Program-made: the position numbers and the translations under genes
The notes under the pieces: generated by a model
Databases searched by the model: none
Told to the model about the DNA's origin: nothing
Seen by the model: the letters and a program-made list of their open reading frames with translations, nothing else
Source of the DNA: Octopus sinensis
Lineage: Eukaryota
DNA length: 64,000 nucleotides
NCBI RefSeq assembly: GCF_006345805.1
Contig: NC_043000.1
Location: forward strand, 113,026,001-113,090,000
Reading direction: 5' to 3'
Shown: positions 12,415-26,148 of the stretch, in pieces
How positions within the stretch are numbered: position 1 is the first letter of the stretch
Layout: each line of letters begins with the position of its first letter

Positions 12415-13180
12415 TATCAAAAAGCCATGCTTGGATATGTTAGCAGAAAGCTTCTGAATGACAGGAACATTGATTCTCAAAGCAGTCTATTATGGACCAA
12501 CAACTGAATTACTAAGTCTCACTTTGAAGGGTATTCATTTGCAATCCAGTAGAAGGAAATAGCGACCAAATACCTGGTGTACGAAAGGAACAGACGTGCA
12601 AGAAAAACACCAAAATGCGATGCAGACTTTGTAGAGTTAACAACGAGGATATCACCCAAGTCATAAGCAATTATCCAAAATTATAATCGTGTTATTATCT
12701 ACCGATGAGACACGATGTTCTGTCCAAAACACTGTATAATGAGATACATCGGAAAGATAATCCAAAGAGGATGGTAAAGGCCAATTGCCACTCTTAATAC
12801 GAACAATTACTAGTGTAATGTTCTAATGAAAGCCAGTGAAAACCTCAATAAAATGTAAACATAATGGACGGGGGAAGACAGAGGAGAGTAACTATGCACT
12901 GAAATGGAATACAGTTGCCCAGCAGTTGATAACATAAAGCTAAGGACCAAGGAAAATGAAAACACCTCCTCTGAGCGATTGAGAAATATTTGATGTTACT
13001 CTACTCATAAGTTCAGGCTGACATGTGTAATTCGTAGAGCATTGGGATCTATAACAAACTGCCTAAGCACCAATCTTGAGAAATTAGGCTTTTGAAAACC
13101 AGACTGGAGAAAACTAATTTGTAGATTACTGATATAAGGAACCGTCAAAATTTTTAAATTTTTCAAAAGCTTAGCATTTA
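12415..13180 (+). pseudogene. Degraded 3' fragment of a second RLE-type non-LTR retrotransposon
   Basis: Manual translation: KAMLGY, SHFEGYSFAIQ*KEIATKYL, CRLCRVNNEDITQVIS, YYLPMRHDVLSKTLYNEI, ALGSITNCL, GTVKIF. Confidence 0.75.
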
Positions 13181-13451
13181 ATCATATATGCGTATGCGTA
13201 AACATGCAACTATATGCATGAATTACATACAATAAAAGTTACAAATCTTCACATGCAGCGATCTCGAATATGACATACTTTCACACTAACATGCACAAAT
13301 ACCATGTAAATATTTTTGAAATTCCAGTGAAACAATCTTCGAATATAACTTAGAAAATGGTTAGCTTTTTATTGGCATGAAATCTTGAAATAAAACTGCG
13401 CTATAGGTACCGGTGAAGATTTATAGGCTCAGGCGTGACTTTAGAAACGTT

Positions 13452-13621
13452 GGCGTGTCTGTGTGGTAAAAAGGTTACTTCCCAACCACATGGTTCCGAG
13501 TTCAGTCCCACTGTGTACCAACTTCGACAAACGTTTTCTGTTATATCCCTGGGGTCTTCCAAAATTGTACGTGGATTTAGTAAACGGAAGCTGAAAGAAG
13601 CCCTCCGCGGTATATATGTAT

Positions 13622-13669
<48 letters not shown>
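13452..13669 (+). mobile_element. SINE family C 5' half ending in its internal (TA)n
   Basis: GGCGTGTCTGTGTGGTAA...CCAACCACATGGTTCCGAGTTCAGTCCCACTG...GGAAGCTGAAAGAAGCCC, then a TA array. Confidence 0.8.
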
Positions 13670-13671
<2 letters not shown>

Positions 13672-14061
13672 CATACAATATTAGATATGTACATATATAC
13701 CAAGGGTACTACATGTGCACCTACATCGCTAAAAAATAGAAGTAAAAAATACTTCTGTACCACCGAACAGTCACAAATCTAATACAGACATGATAGGAAA
13801 AATTATCCGTGAACAATAATGATGAGAAATCAGGCACCTATTTGGCGCTAAGTTTCCAAACCGGTACCAATTGATCAGCATTTACTTGTTCTGACCCAGT
13901 AGAGATAAGATGATATTATTAGTTACTGATACTTTTCTCTCTCATGTCTGTAGTAGATTTGTGACTGTTCGGTGGTACAGAAGTGTTTTTGACTTCTATT
14001 TTAGCGATGTAGGCGCTCATGGAGTGCCCTTCAGCATATATGTACATATCTAATATTGTAT
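13672..14061. mobile_element. MITE / fold-back element with ~130-bp terminal inverted repeats
   Basis: CATACAATATTAGATATGTACATATAT...CTACATCGCTAAAA...TTCTGTACCACCGAACAGTCACAAATCT...ACAGACATGA is mirrored by its reverse complement at ~13935-14061. Confidence 0.85.
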
Positions 14062-14134
14062 GTATATATTTTATTAATTCGCCTGTACAGTTGATAATTC
14101 GCTTGCCACTCCTGACGGTATTTTAATAATACAT

Positions 14135-14202
<68 letters not shown>

Positions 14203-14212
14203 TATACAGATA

Positions 14213-14436
14213 CAGTAGAATCTCGGTTTACGAACGTCTCTGATTACGTATAAATCTTGCTTAACATACACACACACATATGTATGTGTGTGTATATATA
14301 TAAACACACGCACACACACACTCATATATATATATATATGTGTGTGTGTATGTATGTTTGTGTGTGTGTGTGTGTGTACATATATATAGCACGATTTATT
14401 GGTGATCATAGTAGCTCGAGAACCGAGGTACTATTG
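14213..14436. mobile_element. Tigger/pogo-like MITE with TA target duplication, interior overrun by microsatellite
   Basis: TA|CAGTAGAATCTCGGTTTACGA at the left end; CGAGAACCGAGGTACTATTG|TA at the right end (imperfect TIRs). Confidence 0.6.
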
Positions 14437-14490
14437 TACATACACATACATATATGTATATCTATATCTATCTATCTGTCCATATATATA

Positions 14491-14656
14491 TTTTTTTTTC
14501 TCTCCTTGTTTCTTTTCTGTATATCTTTCTGTCGAAGAGCGTAGTCTCGAAACGTAAAAGACTTGTTTTATTTCTATTCCTGAGCGCCATACTAATACAT
14601 TGTTTGTTTGTACTCCACCTGCCTTCGTCTTTTGTTTATTTTCGTAAACCTTCCCG

Positions 14657-14658
<2 letters not shown>
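14491..14658 (+). mobile_element. Penelope-like terminal fragment with variant hammerhead motif (14524-14561)
   Basis: UCUUU-CUGUCGA-A-GAGCGUAGUCUC-GAAA-C-GUA-AAAGA. Homologous along its length to 47471-47690 (minus). Confidence 0.55.
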
Positions 14659-14700
<42 letters not shown>

Positions 14701-14775
14701 GCATACATACATACATACATACATACATACATACATACATACATACATACATGCATATATCTATCTATGTATTTG

Positions 14776-14930
14776 CGTGTCTGTGCTGTGCTTTTCCCCT
14801 CACCATTACTTGACAATCGATGCTTGTGTGTTTATGTCCCCTTAACCTAGCGGTACGGCAAAAACAGCCCGATAGAATAAGTACTAAGCGTACAAAGAAC
14901 AAGGCCTGGGGTCGATTTGTTCGACCGAAA
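14776..14930 (+). mobile_element. SINE family C 3' half
   Basis: CTTGACAATCGATGCTTGTGTGTTTATGTCCCCTTAAC...GATAGAATAAGTACT...GGGGTCGATTTG matches the family C tail at 55868-56000. Confidence 0.8.
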
Positions 14931-15489
14931 CACGTAAAAGAATGAAAGAATTACATTCGTGCAAGTGTAAGTTGACAATCACTTCGAAGTTACATATAAT
15001 AAGCAATGGCGGCTTTTCTAAGACCGCTTATTCCGTATCTCAGTGATCGAGTCTGAAAAGGGGAAAATTAATATAAAAAGCCACCATTCACACTAAACAG
15101 ACATAGGTGGATGTATGCACGCATGCATCTATGTATGTATATATGCAGGAAGATGTATTTGAGTGTGTGTGTGTGTGTGTATGTAGCAAGATATGTATGT
15201 ATGTATGCGCGAGAGTATTACTGTTTAATATGTGCGTGTTTGTGCTCGCACGTGTGTGCGTGTGTGTGCGACTTCAAAAATGATATTTGAATGTTTATTA
15301 AAATGTCTGATTATTTTTCCTCTCACATTTTCCCAGTCTTTCTTGTTTTACATCAGTTTGACATCACTCTCTATAGACAGCAATAAGTACTTACATGAAT
15401 GCATGAATAAATTACACACGCACACACACACACACGCACACACATAATACATACTTAAATACGTACATACATATATCTACTTAACAGTC

Positions 15490-16070
15490 TTCATACGTGT
15501 TGATCCACCATTTTCTGTCTTTCTTTTTATCCTCACACACTGTTCTTCCATTTATCTGGCTCTCTCTTTCTATCATTCCTTCATCGTCTCCTCACTCTCT
15601 CTCTCTGTCTCTCTCTTCCTCCCCCCCTCTATCTCTCTTCCTCTCCATATACCTATATTTCTCTCACCGACTTCTTCTATAGTTCTTCCTGTTTTAATAT
15701 CTATCTTTCATTTTCCTCACACTATTTCTCTGTCTCTCTGTATGTCTCTCTATCTGTGTATCTGTCTCTCTCTCTGTCTCTGTCTCTCTCTCTGTCTCTG
15801 TCTCTCTCTCTGTCTCTGTCTCTCTCTCTTTCTGTTCCTTCTACTTCTCTCGGCTCCATTTATTTTCTATCACAATATATCTATATAATTTTATCTCTAT
15901 ATTTTTACCTGTCCTTCTATGATAATCTATACCTCCCTCAATAGGTGCCACGCGTTCTCTTTCTTTCTCCCTCTTTCTTTCCCTTTTCCTCCCACTTTCA
16001 ATATCCTTCTACCTTTCTTCTTCCTCCCCTCCCTCTTTGTCTCTCCCCCTCTTTCTCCTTCAACAGAACA
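15490..16070. repeat. Polypyrimidine (CT)n-rich tract including an 18-bp higher-order TCTGTCTCTGTCTCTCTC repeat
   Basis: Direct reading. Confidence 0.85.
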
Positions 16071-16139
16071 TCTACTAATATATACAGAAAACATTAACTA
16101 GAAAAGAAACAAGACACATTAATTTAGAAAATACACCTA

Positions 16140-16323
16140 AATATATATATGTATATATATATGTGTGTGTGTGTGTCTGTGTGTTTGTGTGCATTATGTA
16201 GCTATATATGTGTATCTCTCTCTCTCTCCCTCTCTCTCTCTCCCTCTCTCTCTCTCTATATATATGCACATATATACATACATATGTATTATATATATAT
16301 ATGTATATATATATATACATACA

Positions 16324-16367
<44 letters not shown>

Positions 16368-16676
16368 CAAATACATACATACATTCACACAACCTACATT
16401 GGCGCACAGGCGTAATCACATTTACACACAGTGCATCAAAACAGACACACAGATACACAATACATACACACACATTTATATATGCCTACATACAGGCATC
16501 AACTTACAATAAGTTTCAAACACAGAGTCACATACATAGTTCACACCACACACACACCTTTATTAATATACAATTCATCGTAAGAACTACTACAATCGAT
16601 GAAACACATATATAGAGATTGGTCAAAGTTCTGTGAGATGCGTTTGTAGATAGAGACTGAGACTTATGCGTAGAGG

Positions 16677-16707
<31 letters not shown>

Positions 16708-16899
16708 CGATGAATATTCACACTGGAAACCAAATCAGGTGAAGTTGGTCGATCTCATCCATATACATAGGAAAACATAGACACATATGAATATACACTG
16801 GATGTTCAGATTTACACCAACTTAAATATACAAAAATAATCTCAAGACACACTCATACCAGAATACATATTCATCGTACATAAACATTCACACACACAC

Positions 16900-16983
<84 letters not shown>

Positions 16984-17052
16984 ATATCGAGAGAGAGAGA
17001 GATAGAAGCATTTATGTATATATGTATATATATTTGTATATATATTTGTATA

Positions 17053-17102
<50 letters not shown>

Positions 17103-17359
17103 AATACGTATATATATACATACATATATATATTTACATGTATATATATGTATATTATACATTTGTATATTCATATATATATATATATGCATATATATAC
17201 AAATATATATGCATATATATAGATATGTATATATATACATATATATTGATACATGCATTAATATATATGCCTATAATATATATATATATATATAATAGAT
17301 AGATGCATGTATATATATATAGATATAAATATGTATATGTATATACATGTATATATATA

Positions 17360-17397
<38 letters not shown>

Positions 17398-17480
17398 GTA
17401 TATGTATATATAAATGCACACAAATATGTGTATATATGTAAACACACAAACACACACACACATATATACACATGAATATA
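16140..17480. repeat. Compound TA/CA/GA microsatellite field
   Basis: Direct reading; this is the source of the YIYI ORFs. Confidence 0.9.
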
Positions 17481-18129
17481 TATATTTATGTATGTACTTA
17501 GGTAAGACGGTAGTTGTACCACATATGCCCAAAACATAGCAGGTGTATACAGTTCGACATACTGTGAGTAGAGACACCTGTTATTAGTTAAACAACCACA
17601 ACTTTAGTCATAATATCGCGAAAACAAAACACACGCACACACACACAATTATATATATATGTGTGTATGTGCATTTATGTGTATGTGTGAGTGTGTGTGA
17701 ATGTGTGTGTCTAAACACACATATGAATACAGGAGTGTAGTCCGACCTAACATGATTATACACACCACTCGCAACTAAATAATCACGTTGGCAGGAACAA
17801 TTTAAGCATAAACCTTACACCTTCACAAATGCACACACATGCACGTACATACACACACACACATACACGTACATACACACACACATACACGTACATATAC
17901 ACACACAAATAGAAACATGCACACATACACACTCACACACGCATACACATACACAGATACAAATAATTATATGATCACAGTCGCAGTGTGTGATACACAA
18001 AGATTACCTTCATCTCACAGATACAAACGCTCAACGTTACACAGAACATAGACATACATATCACAAATATATACGCCACATATGAACCAAATCACTCCGA
18101 CGATGGTTCATATGAAGTTACATATTTCT

Positions 18130-19150
18130 GCTTTTAATCATACTGCTTATTGCTGACAATGGATTCCAATAAGGAAGCCCTCCTCCATTTGTAGATCCTT
18201 TGCGATTGTACGTTCCGATCCTTAACATACATTTTTGGTCGCAGAAGAGGTGTTAGTGTTTGGATGAGGAAACCAGCTGTATTTACACGTCCGGCCTTAT
18301 ATAGTTTCTGTGTGTTTCACAACTATTTCTTCAATGAGTTCCTTTAATAGCAAAACCCTAAATTCAAGAATGTGTAGCTGAACCTTTCACTGTTGCCAGT
18401 TTGATAGGGTTGCCCTTAAAATTAGCCTTCATCTGCTTTTGAACAGCTTCTTTAATCCAGCAACCGGGCATTGAAGATTCTGCGAGAGAGATGCAACTCA
18501 GGCGTACACACCGTATGCCCGAGCCATGTTAACTGACACCTGAATAATGCGAATTCCATGTTGCTGGATTTCATCCGACAGAGCTTGTTCTTGTCTCAGC
18601 AGGATGTTCTAGAGACAGCAGATGTTAAAATCTGTGAGCGTTTAATATCTCCAGTTTATGAGAGATCCTGGAGAATTGAAACACACACTAACTTATAGAC
18701 GATGGGAATCGTAATGTGAGGCTTGAGATGTTTGCATATAATGTCCCTCTTCCTGCGTTTCCTAAATGATACAGAGGCTTGTCTGTATAGGTTACAATTT
18801 GCCCACCAACAAGCTGTATTTGCTGCCGAGATATCTGAATTTACGACGGAGAGTCTGGTTGTTACTGTCGTATTAGGTATATGAGGGAGGGGATTAGGTT
18901 CACTGTGCCATTGGTAAGTGTTACCCTTTTACTGGATGTTAATTACCTGGACCATTTCTTTTATAAAATCTCACAGGTGCCGCAATAATATTTTAAAGAG
19001 CTTCGACAGTGTGGGCTTCCGGAGCATCAGCAAGTTCAAAGTTCTGTTCTGATCGGAGTTTGATGGTGAGCTACAACCTTCGCACGTTGGAAATGATTTT
19101 GTCTAGTTGGACATTGAGATTTCTATCGCAATATTTATTCTTCAGCATAA
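18130..19150 (-). pseudogene. Degraded RTE-clade LINE remnant (RT thumb and C-terminal region)
   Basis: Manual translation: NQTLRRKFRYLGS, QASVSFRKRR, VYKLVCVSIL, QLTWLGHTVCTPELHLSRRIF, which resemble the RTE motifs F.YLGS, KAS.AF, VY.A.V and QLRW.GHV.RM. Confidence 0.7.
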
Positions 19151-20774
19151 AATTGTGGTGAAATAGATGAGAAATATATTTAAGAGTACAAGATCTAGAA
19201 CCACTTTCTTGCTGAGTTGTAATTGTCATAGGACCAGAATTGACATATTTTTCTTATACACACATGCAACGAAATAAATGTGTGTGTGTGTGTGTACCTG
19301 CCCATTTGCGTGTGCACCTGCCTGCTCACATATATGTGCGTAATCACACACATATATATCGTAATTATACGCCAATGTGTCGGTGTATATACAAGTACAC
19401 ATCAACACGTTTAAAGAAAGACAAACAAGCATCACGAGTACAGAAAACAAGTATTTATCTAGATAACAGACATAGATTCAATTCATAACATTTAATATTA
19501 CGTTGGTAATAACAGATATATAAACCCACACGAAGATGTATTCTGGGGCATACACAACATCCATATAAATATATATATGTATTTATTTAATTACCTGTAT
19601 ATGTATGAGAGACAGAGACAGGCAGAAACAAGGAAAATGCCACTTGTATTTGAACACTATGCAAATATTCTTTAAAAAACTTTTCTTTGACTGAAACCGG
19701 TACTGAAATGTTTTTTATAAAATTATTTTAGCATTTTCTATCTTGACTTTTTCCATATACATACATACATACATACATACATACATACATACATACATAC
19801 ATACATACATACATACATACATACACACATAATCTACTAGAAAATTACCATAGAAATTGCACAGAGGAAAACAAACATCTTTTTTATGCACGCATCACAA
19901 ACACAGGCACACAACAATATGGTATTCTCTCCCCCACCTCTCTCTCTCTATATATATATATCTATATATATATTATATATATATATATATTATATATATA
20001 TATATACATATATACACATACACACACACACATATATGTATATATATACATATATACATAGGCATATCAAAAAATATCACACACAGTTATCCACACCACT
20101 GATACGGATACACAATAATACCTATACGTAATCAAACCTTCCATAACTACTAAAAATCCCACATACATAGATACATCCAGCCAGTCATACTTGCCGTTAT
20201 CACGTCCTTACAGAAAACCCCAGAAACAGGATTAGTGAGCGGTATTAGTTCGACAATAAACCATAACTGTGGACAAACCACACAGTTTCTAATGGAACAG
20301 TATTTTTGATACATTTCAGATGGCAAGCAAATTGCTGCGCTACATTTGCCCGAGGCGTTGGCCTCGTAGCTAGATTCTCTGCAGAAGTTTCAAATCTCAA
20401 GTCGATTCTATTTGAAGCTATTTTATCTCGACAGCTTCATTTGTCAATATGATGTGTGTGTATATATATGTATATGGTGATTTCTTCCTAAGATGTGTTT
20501 GTTTACCATCGTTTTTTTTCCCTCCTTTATTTGATGTGCTCTTACTGTTGTTGGTGTTGTTGTGGTCGTTGCCTAAATAGAAACTGTGTCTTGCCATTAC
20601 AGTAGCAGTTGCAAACACAGAATTTATATCGAGGCAACAAACACAACAAGAGCGGCAACACATCACATGAAGAGGCGATCATAATCAAACATATGTTAGC
20701 AAGAAACCGCCATATATATCTACATACATCACATCGTCAAACACAGATGTCACAGGTACATAATCGTATATATA

Positions 20775-20851
<77 letters not shown>

Positions 20852-21957
20852 TATATATATACATATGCATGTATGGATATATATATATATATATATGCAT
20901 ATACATGCACGCACATAAATATACTCATATATACGCATTCACAAACGTAACACGTGAACACAATATACACAAACGTACATCTATAGCGACAAATGTGTAC
21001 ACACCAAAGCCACGTACACACATATAAATATACACATTCACGTGTACAATCCTAGACACACCGTAACGTCTCACATACACATATACACATATACAATCAC
21101 TCGCATACATTCAGAAACACGCAGACATAATCATACACAATCAGGAATAACGTAACGATAGACACACCCTACACACACACATACACACGCACAAATACAC
21201 ACTCGCACACACTTAAGCACACAGAAACACACGAGCAAAACCTACATAAAAATGAAAAGAGGAAAAAAAGGGGAAATTCTGTTATTAATATTTATGAAAC
21301 TATTTATATATTTCTTTATATCTTTTTTTCTTTTTTCTTTTTTTTGCTGACTCGATAAAAGTTAATTTTCATATTGAAATTATTTGATTTATTCATAATG
21401 CTAAAATAGCATAAAACTAAAGAAAAATATTAGTCGAACAGAGAATTAATTTGTGCAAAACTAAATGTATAATCTTTGGCACTGGTTGGTAATCATTCCA
21501 TAGTTATTGATGTTGTTGCCGTTGTTGTAGCTGTTGTTCCTATTTATTTGTCTAATTTTTTTTTCTTTTCATCAGTCGTCTTCCACGTTTTTATTTTCTC
21601 TCCCTCTCTTCCATTTCCTTATTGTTTTATAGAATGTCGCAATATTTCGAAGCCCACCTTTCTCTGGTGTTGCTATCAATATGAGTGATGCTCAAAAATA
21701 ACCGACCTAACGCCACGCCCAAGCTTTCGATTCCCGATTGACGCTAAATCACATATGTTAAATCCACGGACGATAATAATGTTTAAAAATGCATTACGGG
21801 GTCTGGATTATTCTGACATTTTCTAGGAAACCCCTCTCAACCGCCTCCTCTTGCATATTCATTTGTTTCTTTTTAAACATTTCCCAATTTGATGAAGGTT
21901 AAAGCGCAGCCACACTCTAATAACTCACATAAAAAGAGGACAAAATGATTTTCTAAA

Positions 21958-22382
21958 TTATAGTAGTAGTAGCAGCAATAGTAGTAGTAATAGTAGTAGT
22001 AATAGTAGTAGTAGTAGTAGTTGTAGTGGTGGTGGTGGTGGTGGTAGCAGTAGTAGTAGTGGTGGTGGTGGTGGTCGTAGCAGTAGTAGTAGTAGTGGTG
22101 GTGGTGGTGGTGGTAGCAGCAGTAGCAGTAGTATCAGTAATGGTAGTAGTAGTAGTAGCAACAGCAGCAGCAGTAGTGGTAGTAGTTGCAATAGCAGCAA
22201 AAGTCGTAGTAGTAGTAGTGGTAGTAGTAGTAGTGGTAGTAGTAGTAGTAGTAGTAGTAGTAGCAACAGCAGCTGCAGCAGCAGTAGTAGTACGAACAGC
22301 AGCAGCAGCAGCACCAGTAGTAGTAGTATTAGTAATGGTAACAGCAGCACGACAGCAACAGTAGTAGAAGTAGTAGTATCAA

Positions 22383-22429
<47 letters not shown>

Positions 22430-22430
22430 T
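21958..22430. repeat. Compound (TAG/TGG/CAG)n trinucleotide field
   Basis: Direct reading. Confidence 0.95.
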
Positions 22431-22461
22431 ACTGATGTTTGTTTTTTTCTCTCCTTCTAGA

Positions 22462-22786
22462 ACTCCGTCGGTTACGAAGACGAGCGCTCCAGTTGATCCG
22501 ACCGACGGAGCAGCCACTCGCGAGATCAACTTGCAAGTGGCTGAGTACTCCATTCTCACGCACGCCTTGAACGTAGTTCTCAGGGACATTCACCCTCTCA
22601 CACAGAATGTGACGAGGCTGGCCCTTTGAAATAGAGTTTTGCTATTCGTTTTTAAAACCGGCTGAGTGGACCTGAGAAACTTAAAATGAAGTGTCTTGCT
22701 CAAGGACGCTGTGGCCTGCCAGATATCCAAGTCAGGCCCTTACGACCGTGTGCCGAAAACGTTGATCAAAAATTCGCGCGCCTTCA
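22462..22786 (-). mobile_element. CORE-type SINE family D
   Basis: Reverse complement shows GAAGGCGCGCG head, GTCCTTGAGCAAGACACTT CORE-like box and tail ...GATCAACTGGAGCGCTCGTCTTCGTAACCGACGGAGT. Homologous to 56136-56385. Confidence 0.75.
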
Positions 22787-22789
22787 TGC

Positions 22790-22796
22790 GAACACA

Positions 22797-22838
<42 letters not shown>

Positions 22839-23205
22839 CAAACACACCCACAGAAACACATACACGCACACTCTCTCTCACACACACACAAGCAATACAC
22901 ACACAGAAGCACACACACACAAACACACACATATGCACAAACAATACACACACAGAAGCACACGCACAAACACATACACATGCGTGCGCGAACACACATG
23001 CACACACACATACTCAAACACATACAAATACACACACAAAGACACATACACATAAACACATACACATAAACAAATACACACAAACACACACACAACAACA
23101 CACATACAAACACATAACCACACAGACTCAAACACACACAAACACACACACGCAAACACACACTAACACACACTAACACACACACACACACACACACACA
23201 GACAC
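22790..23205. repeat. Degenerate (CA)n field
   Basis: Direct reading. Confidence 0.9.
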
Positions 23206-23793
23206 TCAAGGAATTATGAATTCAAATATTTCGTCTCTCTTCAGAAGCCATCGGCTAAGCCCAGGATGTTGTAGATGCTGCTTGTTCATTGGATGAAACC
23301 GTGTAACCTGTGTTCGCAGTGTAAACTTTAATCTGTACAGCTATCAATGTCCCACTTTACGTTCTGCTTTTAAACTCAATGAAGACTAACAAACAGAATC
23401 GCTATAGCATTTGACAGTCTATTTGTAAGAATTCCGTCTGACTTTGCTGTGAGTTCAAACGTTATGAAGAATAACTATGCATTTCGTCCTCTTGGAATTG
23501 AATTAGCGGAACTGTATGAACTCTAGACCGAACATGTTGCACAAAATTTCTTCCGATTCTCCGAGCTCTGAGGTCAAATAAAGCTAATGTCTCCTTATGT
23601 GGCCACTTTCATACGTGTGTTAGTTTAAGAGCAACGATTGTCACCTTGATTGACTTTTAAATGATTAGGCCCTAATGTAAGCTTTCGGACCAAAATCCCA
23701 GTTTGGCAGCATTTTCATTTCTCCTTCCTATCATTCTCAGCGTTCGGCCCTGAAGAAATGATCAAATGAAAAATATGATGTTGGCCTTTTATA

Positions 23794-24026
23794 CAGGGTT
23801 GGTCCAAAGTCACCCGACAGTAATTCAAAATTCCATAAATACCATCTGTAATTCTGTATTGACTCGAATGGAAAATGGTGTTGCTCAGGAAGGACTTCAG
23901 TTTGAACAATTTTCACGATGTTTCATATTTAGATGCTTTTATTAAATTCATTCAGTTGTTAAACATAAATAAATCTTGGAATTAAATTGTTTTCATTTAC
24001 TGTCAGGTGACTTTTGGCTAACGCAG
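23794..24026 (+). mobile_element. Tc1/mariner-superfamily MITE with TA target duplication
   Basis: TA|CAGGGTTGGTCCAAAGTCACCCGACAGTA ... TACTGTCAGGTGACTTTTGGCTAACGCAG|TA. Internal remnant TRMENGVAQEGLQFEQ resembles a transposase C-terminus. Confidence 0.75.
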
Positions 24027-24213
24027 TATATCTCTGTGACTATGACATAAGTTACCAGGACGAACTCTAGCATTTTCGTCAAATTTCATATGTTGAGATT
24101 TCTCTTCTAGTCTTTACTGGCTTACCCTTGAAATCATCTGACACGAAGGGGTTGATTTTTTTGTTAATAATACACTTGACTATGGGACTGATTTCAACAT
24201 TGGAATTATTTTC

Positions 24214-24428
24214 AAGGCGGCGAGCTGGCAGAATCGTTAGCGCGCTGGGCGAAAGGCTTAGCAATATTTCTTCTGTCTTTACGTTCTGAGTTCAAATTCC
24301 GCCGAGGTCGACTTTGCCTTTCATCCTTTCGGGGCCGATAAACTAAGTAGCAGTTGCGTACTAGGGTCGATCTAGTCGACTGGCCCCATCCCCGAAAATG
24401 TCAGGCTTTGTGCCTAGATAAGAAAAGA
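24214..24428 (+). mobile_element. Well-preserved SINE monomer with tail B
   Basis: AAGGCGGCGAGCTGGCAGAATCG (A box), GAGTTCAAATTCC (B box), GTCGACTTTGCCTTTCATCCTTTCGGGG domain, GGCTTTGTGCCTAGATAAGAAAAG tail. Confidence 0.9.
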
Positions 24429-24631
24429 ACACTGGAATTATTTTATCGGTATTTGTTTCTCGAATACCAACACGATTCTTTGTTTTGGGGAGCATTTATA
24501 CTGTTTGACACATTGTGTCATATTGTAGCTTCCTCCATTACGTTGTGGATATGTGGATAGGCGAGTGTACAGAGAGAAATATATGTGTGTTTACAAATAT
24601 ATATTTATTATACATATCTGGTACGTCTTAA

Positions 24632-25146
24632 CCTATTCTTTGCCATGAGCTCCATTTGGGGATCTCCTACATACCGTTTCACTGCCGGTTGTTCGTTCTA
24701 TTTAAAGTCAATTGCTTATGTAGATTGCATTTGTAGAGGTATGATTAACAATATTTAGTAGTTAAAGTTTGTCATTATTAGCTCTCGCCAATTCTAGAGG
24801 ACACTTATGTCATAAATCACAATTCCTGAACTACAAAAATATTGAGTGTTCTGAAAACTTTTTTTTGTTGTTTGTTCTGCATTTCCCATCTATATCATTC
24901 ATTGATATTTCATACACATTCGTATTTGATACTATAGTTAAAAAAAAAAATTTAAATGTTTATTATTGGAATTCAATAGAAAAGGATAAATTTGCCTTTT
25001 TTCAGCGATCCCCGTTTGGGACTTCTCGGAAAAATTTATAATAATTTCCAAAATATTTCACATACGAAGAAAATTTAAATACTATATATTATTATTTGAA
25101 CAGGCAAAGCCAAAAATATGAATAAACAAATTTGACAGTTAATGGG
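24632..25146. mobile_element. Possible piggyBac-like non-autonomous element
   Basis: TTAA|CCTATT...TGCCA at the left end; TGACAGTTAATGGG|TTAA at the right end. The TIR match is short and imperfect. Confidence 0.45.
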
Positions 25147-25389
25147 TTAATTTGGTAAAAGGTTTCAGTCAACGAATCAAATCTCCAATTACATAACTGG
25201 TATTTACGTTGAAAAGTTTAAGAACTTGAAATGAAAAACAGCTTTATTTCAATGGCTTGAAGTCAGATATTGAAGGGAGGTAACCACTACTTGACTGTAC
25301 AATATAGTCCGGCATTTAATTAGTTCTCAATGCTTCTTATGTCAGTCTTGATGATAAACAGGGTGACGAAAAATGTGTTAATGATGACG

Positions 25390-25794
25390 TGGCTGCTGGA
25401 TATAATGGCGACGACGACGGCAATGACGACGATGAATATGATGGTGATGATGGTGATGATGATGATACTAAAAAAGACGCTGATGAAAATCATGGTGAAG
25501 GTGATGGCGATGATGATGATGATGATGATGATGGTGATGCTGATGCTGATGATGCTGATGAAGATGATGATAATGATGATGATGAGGAGGAGGAGGAGGA
25601 GGATAATGATGATGATGATGATGATGACGATGATGGTGATGATGAAATGATGATGATGATGATGGCGATGATGATGATGATGATGGCGATGATGAGATGA
25701 TGATGATGATGATGATGGCTATGATGATGATAACGATGATGATGATGATGATGATGATGATAAAGGCGATGATGATGATAATGATGACGATGGC

Positions 25795-25840
<46 letters not shown>

Positions 25841-26098
25841 GCCATAATGATGATACTGATGGGAATGTCGGTGTAGATGGTGGTCGTGGTGGCGCTGATA
25901 ATGTTGTATATGTCATGAATATTTATGACCATAATGAAGTAATCAGTAATCAGCGAAACAATTTCAGTCGCTGTGTGATTTACTGCTGCTGCTGCTGCTA
26001 CCACTGCTACTACTGTTACAACTATTAATGCTGGTATTGTTATTACAGTCGGTGTTGTTGTTATTAGTATTAGCATAAATATGTGTGCCACCAGTCTT

Positions 26099-26148
<50 letters not shown>

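Noticed and set aside
24214-24310. tRNA gene
   Set aside because: A and B boxes are present but there is no cloverleaf, and the sequence continues into a SINE body; the same holds for all other tRNA-like heads here.
25389-25700. Poly-Asp/Glu ORF reminiscent of acidic molluscan biomineral proteins
   Set aside because: It is a degenerate (GAT)n microsatellite, open in several frames, with no signal peptide or splice context.
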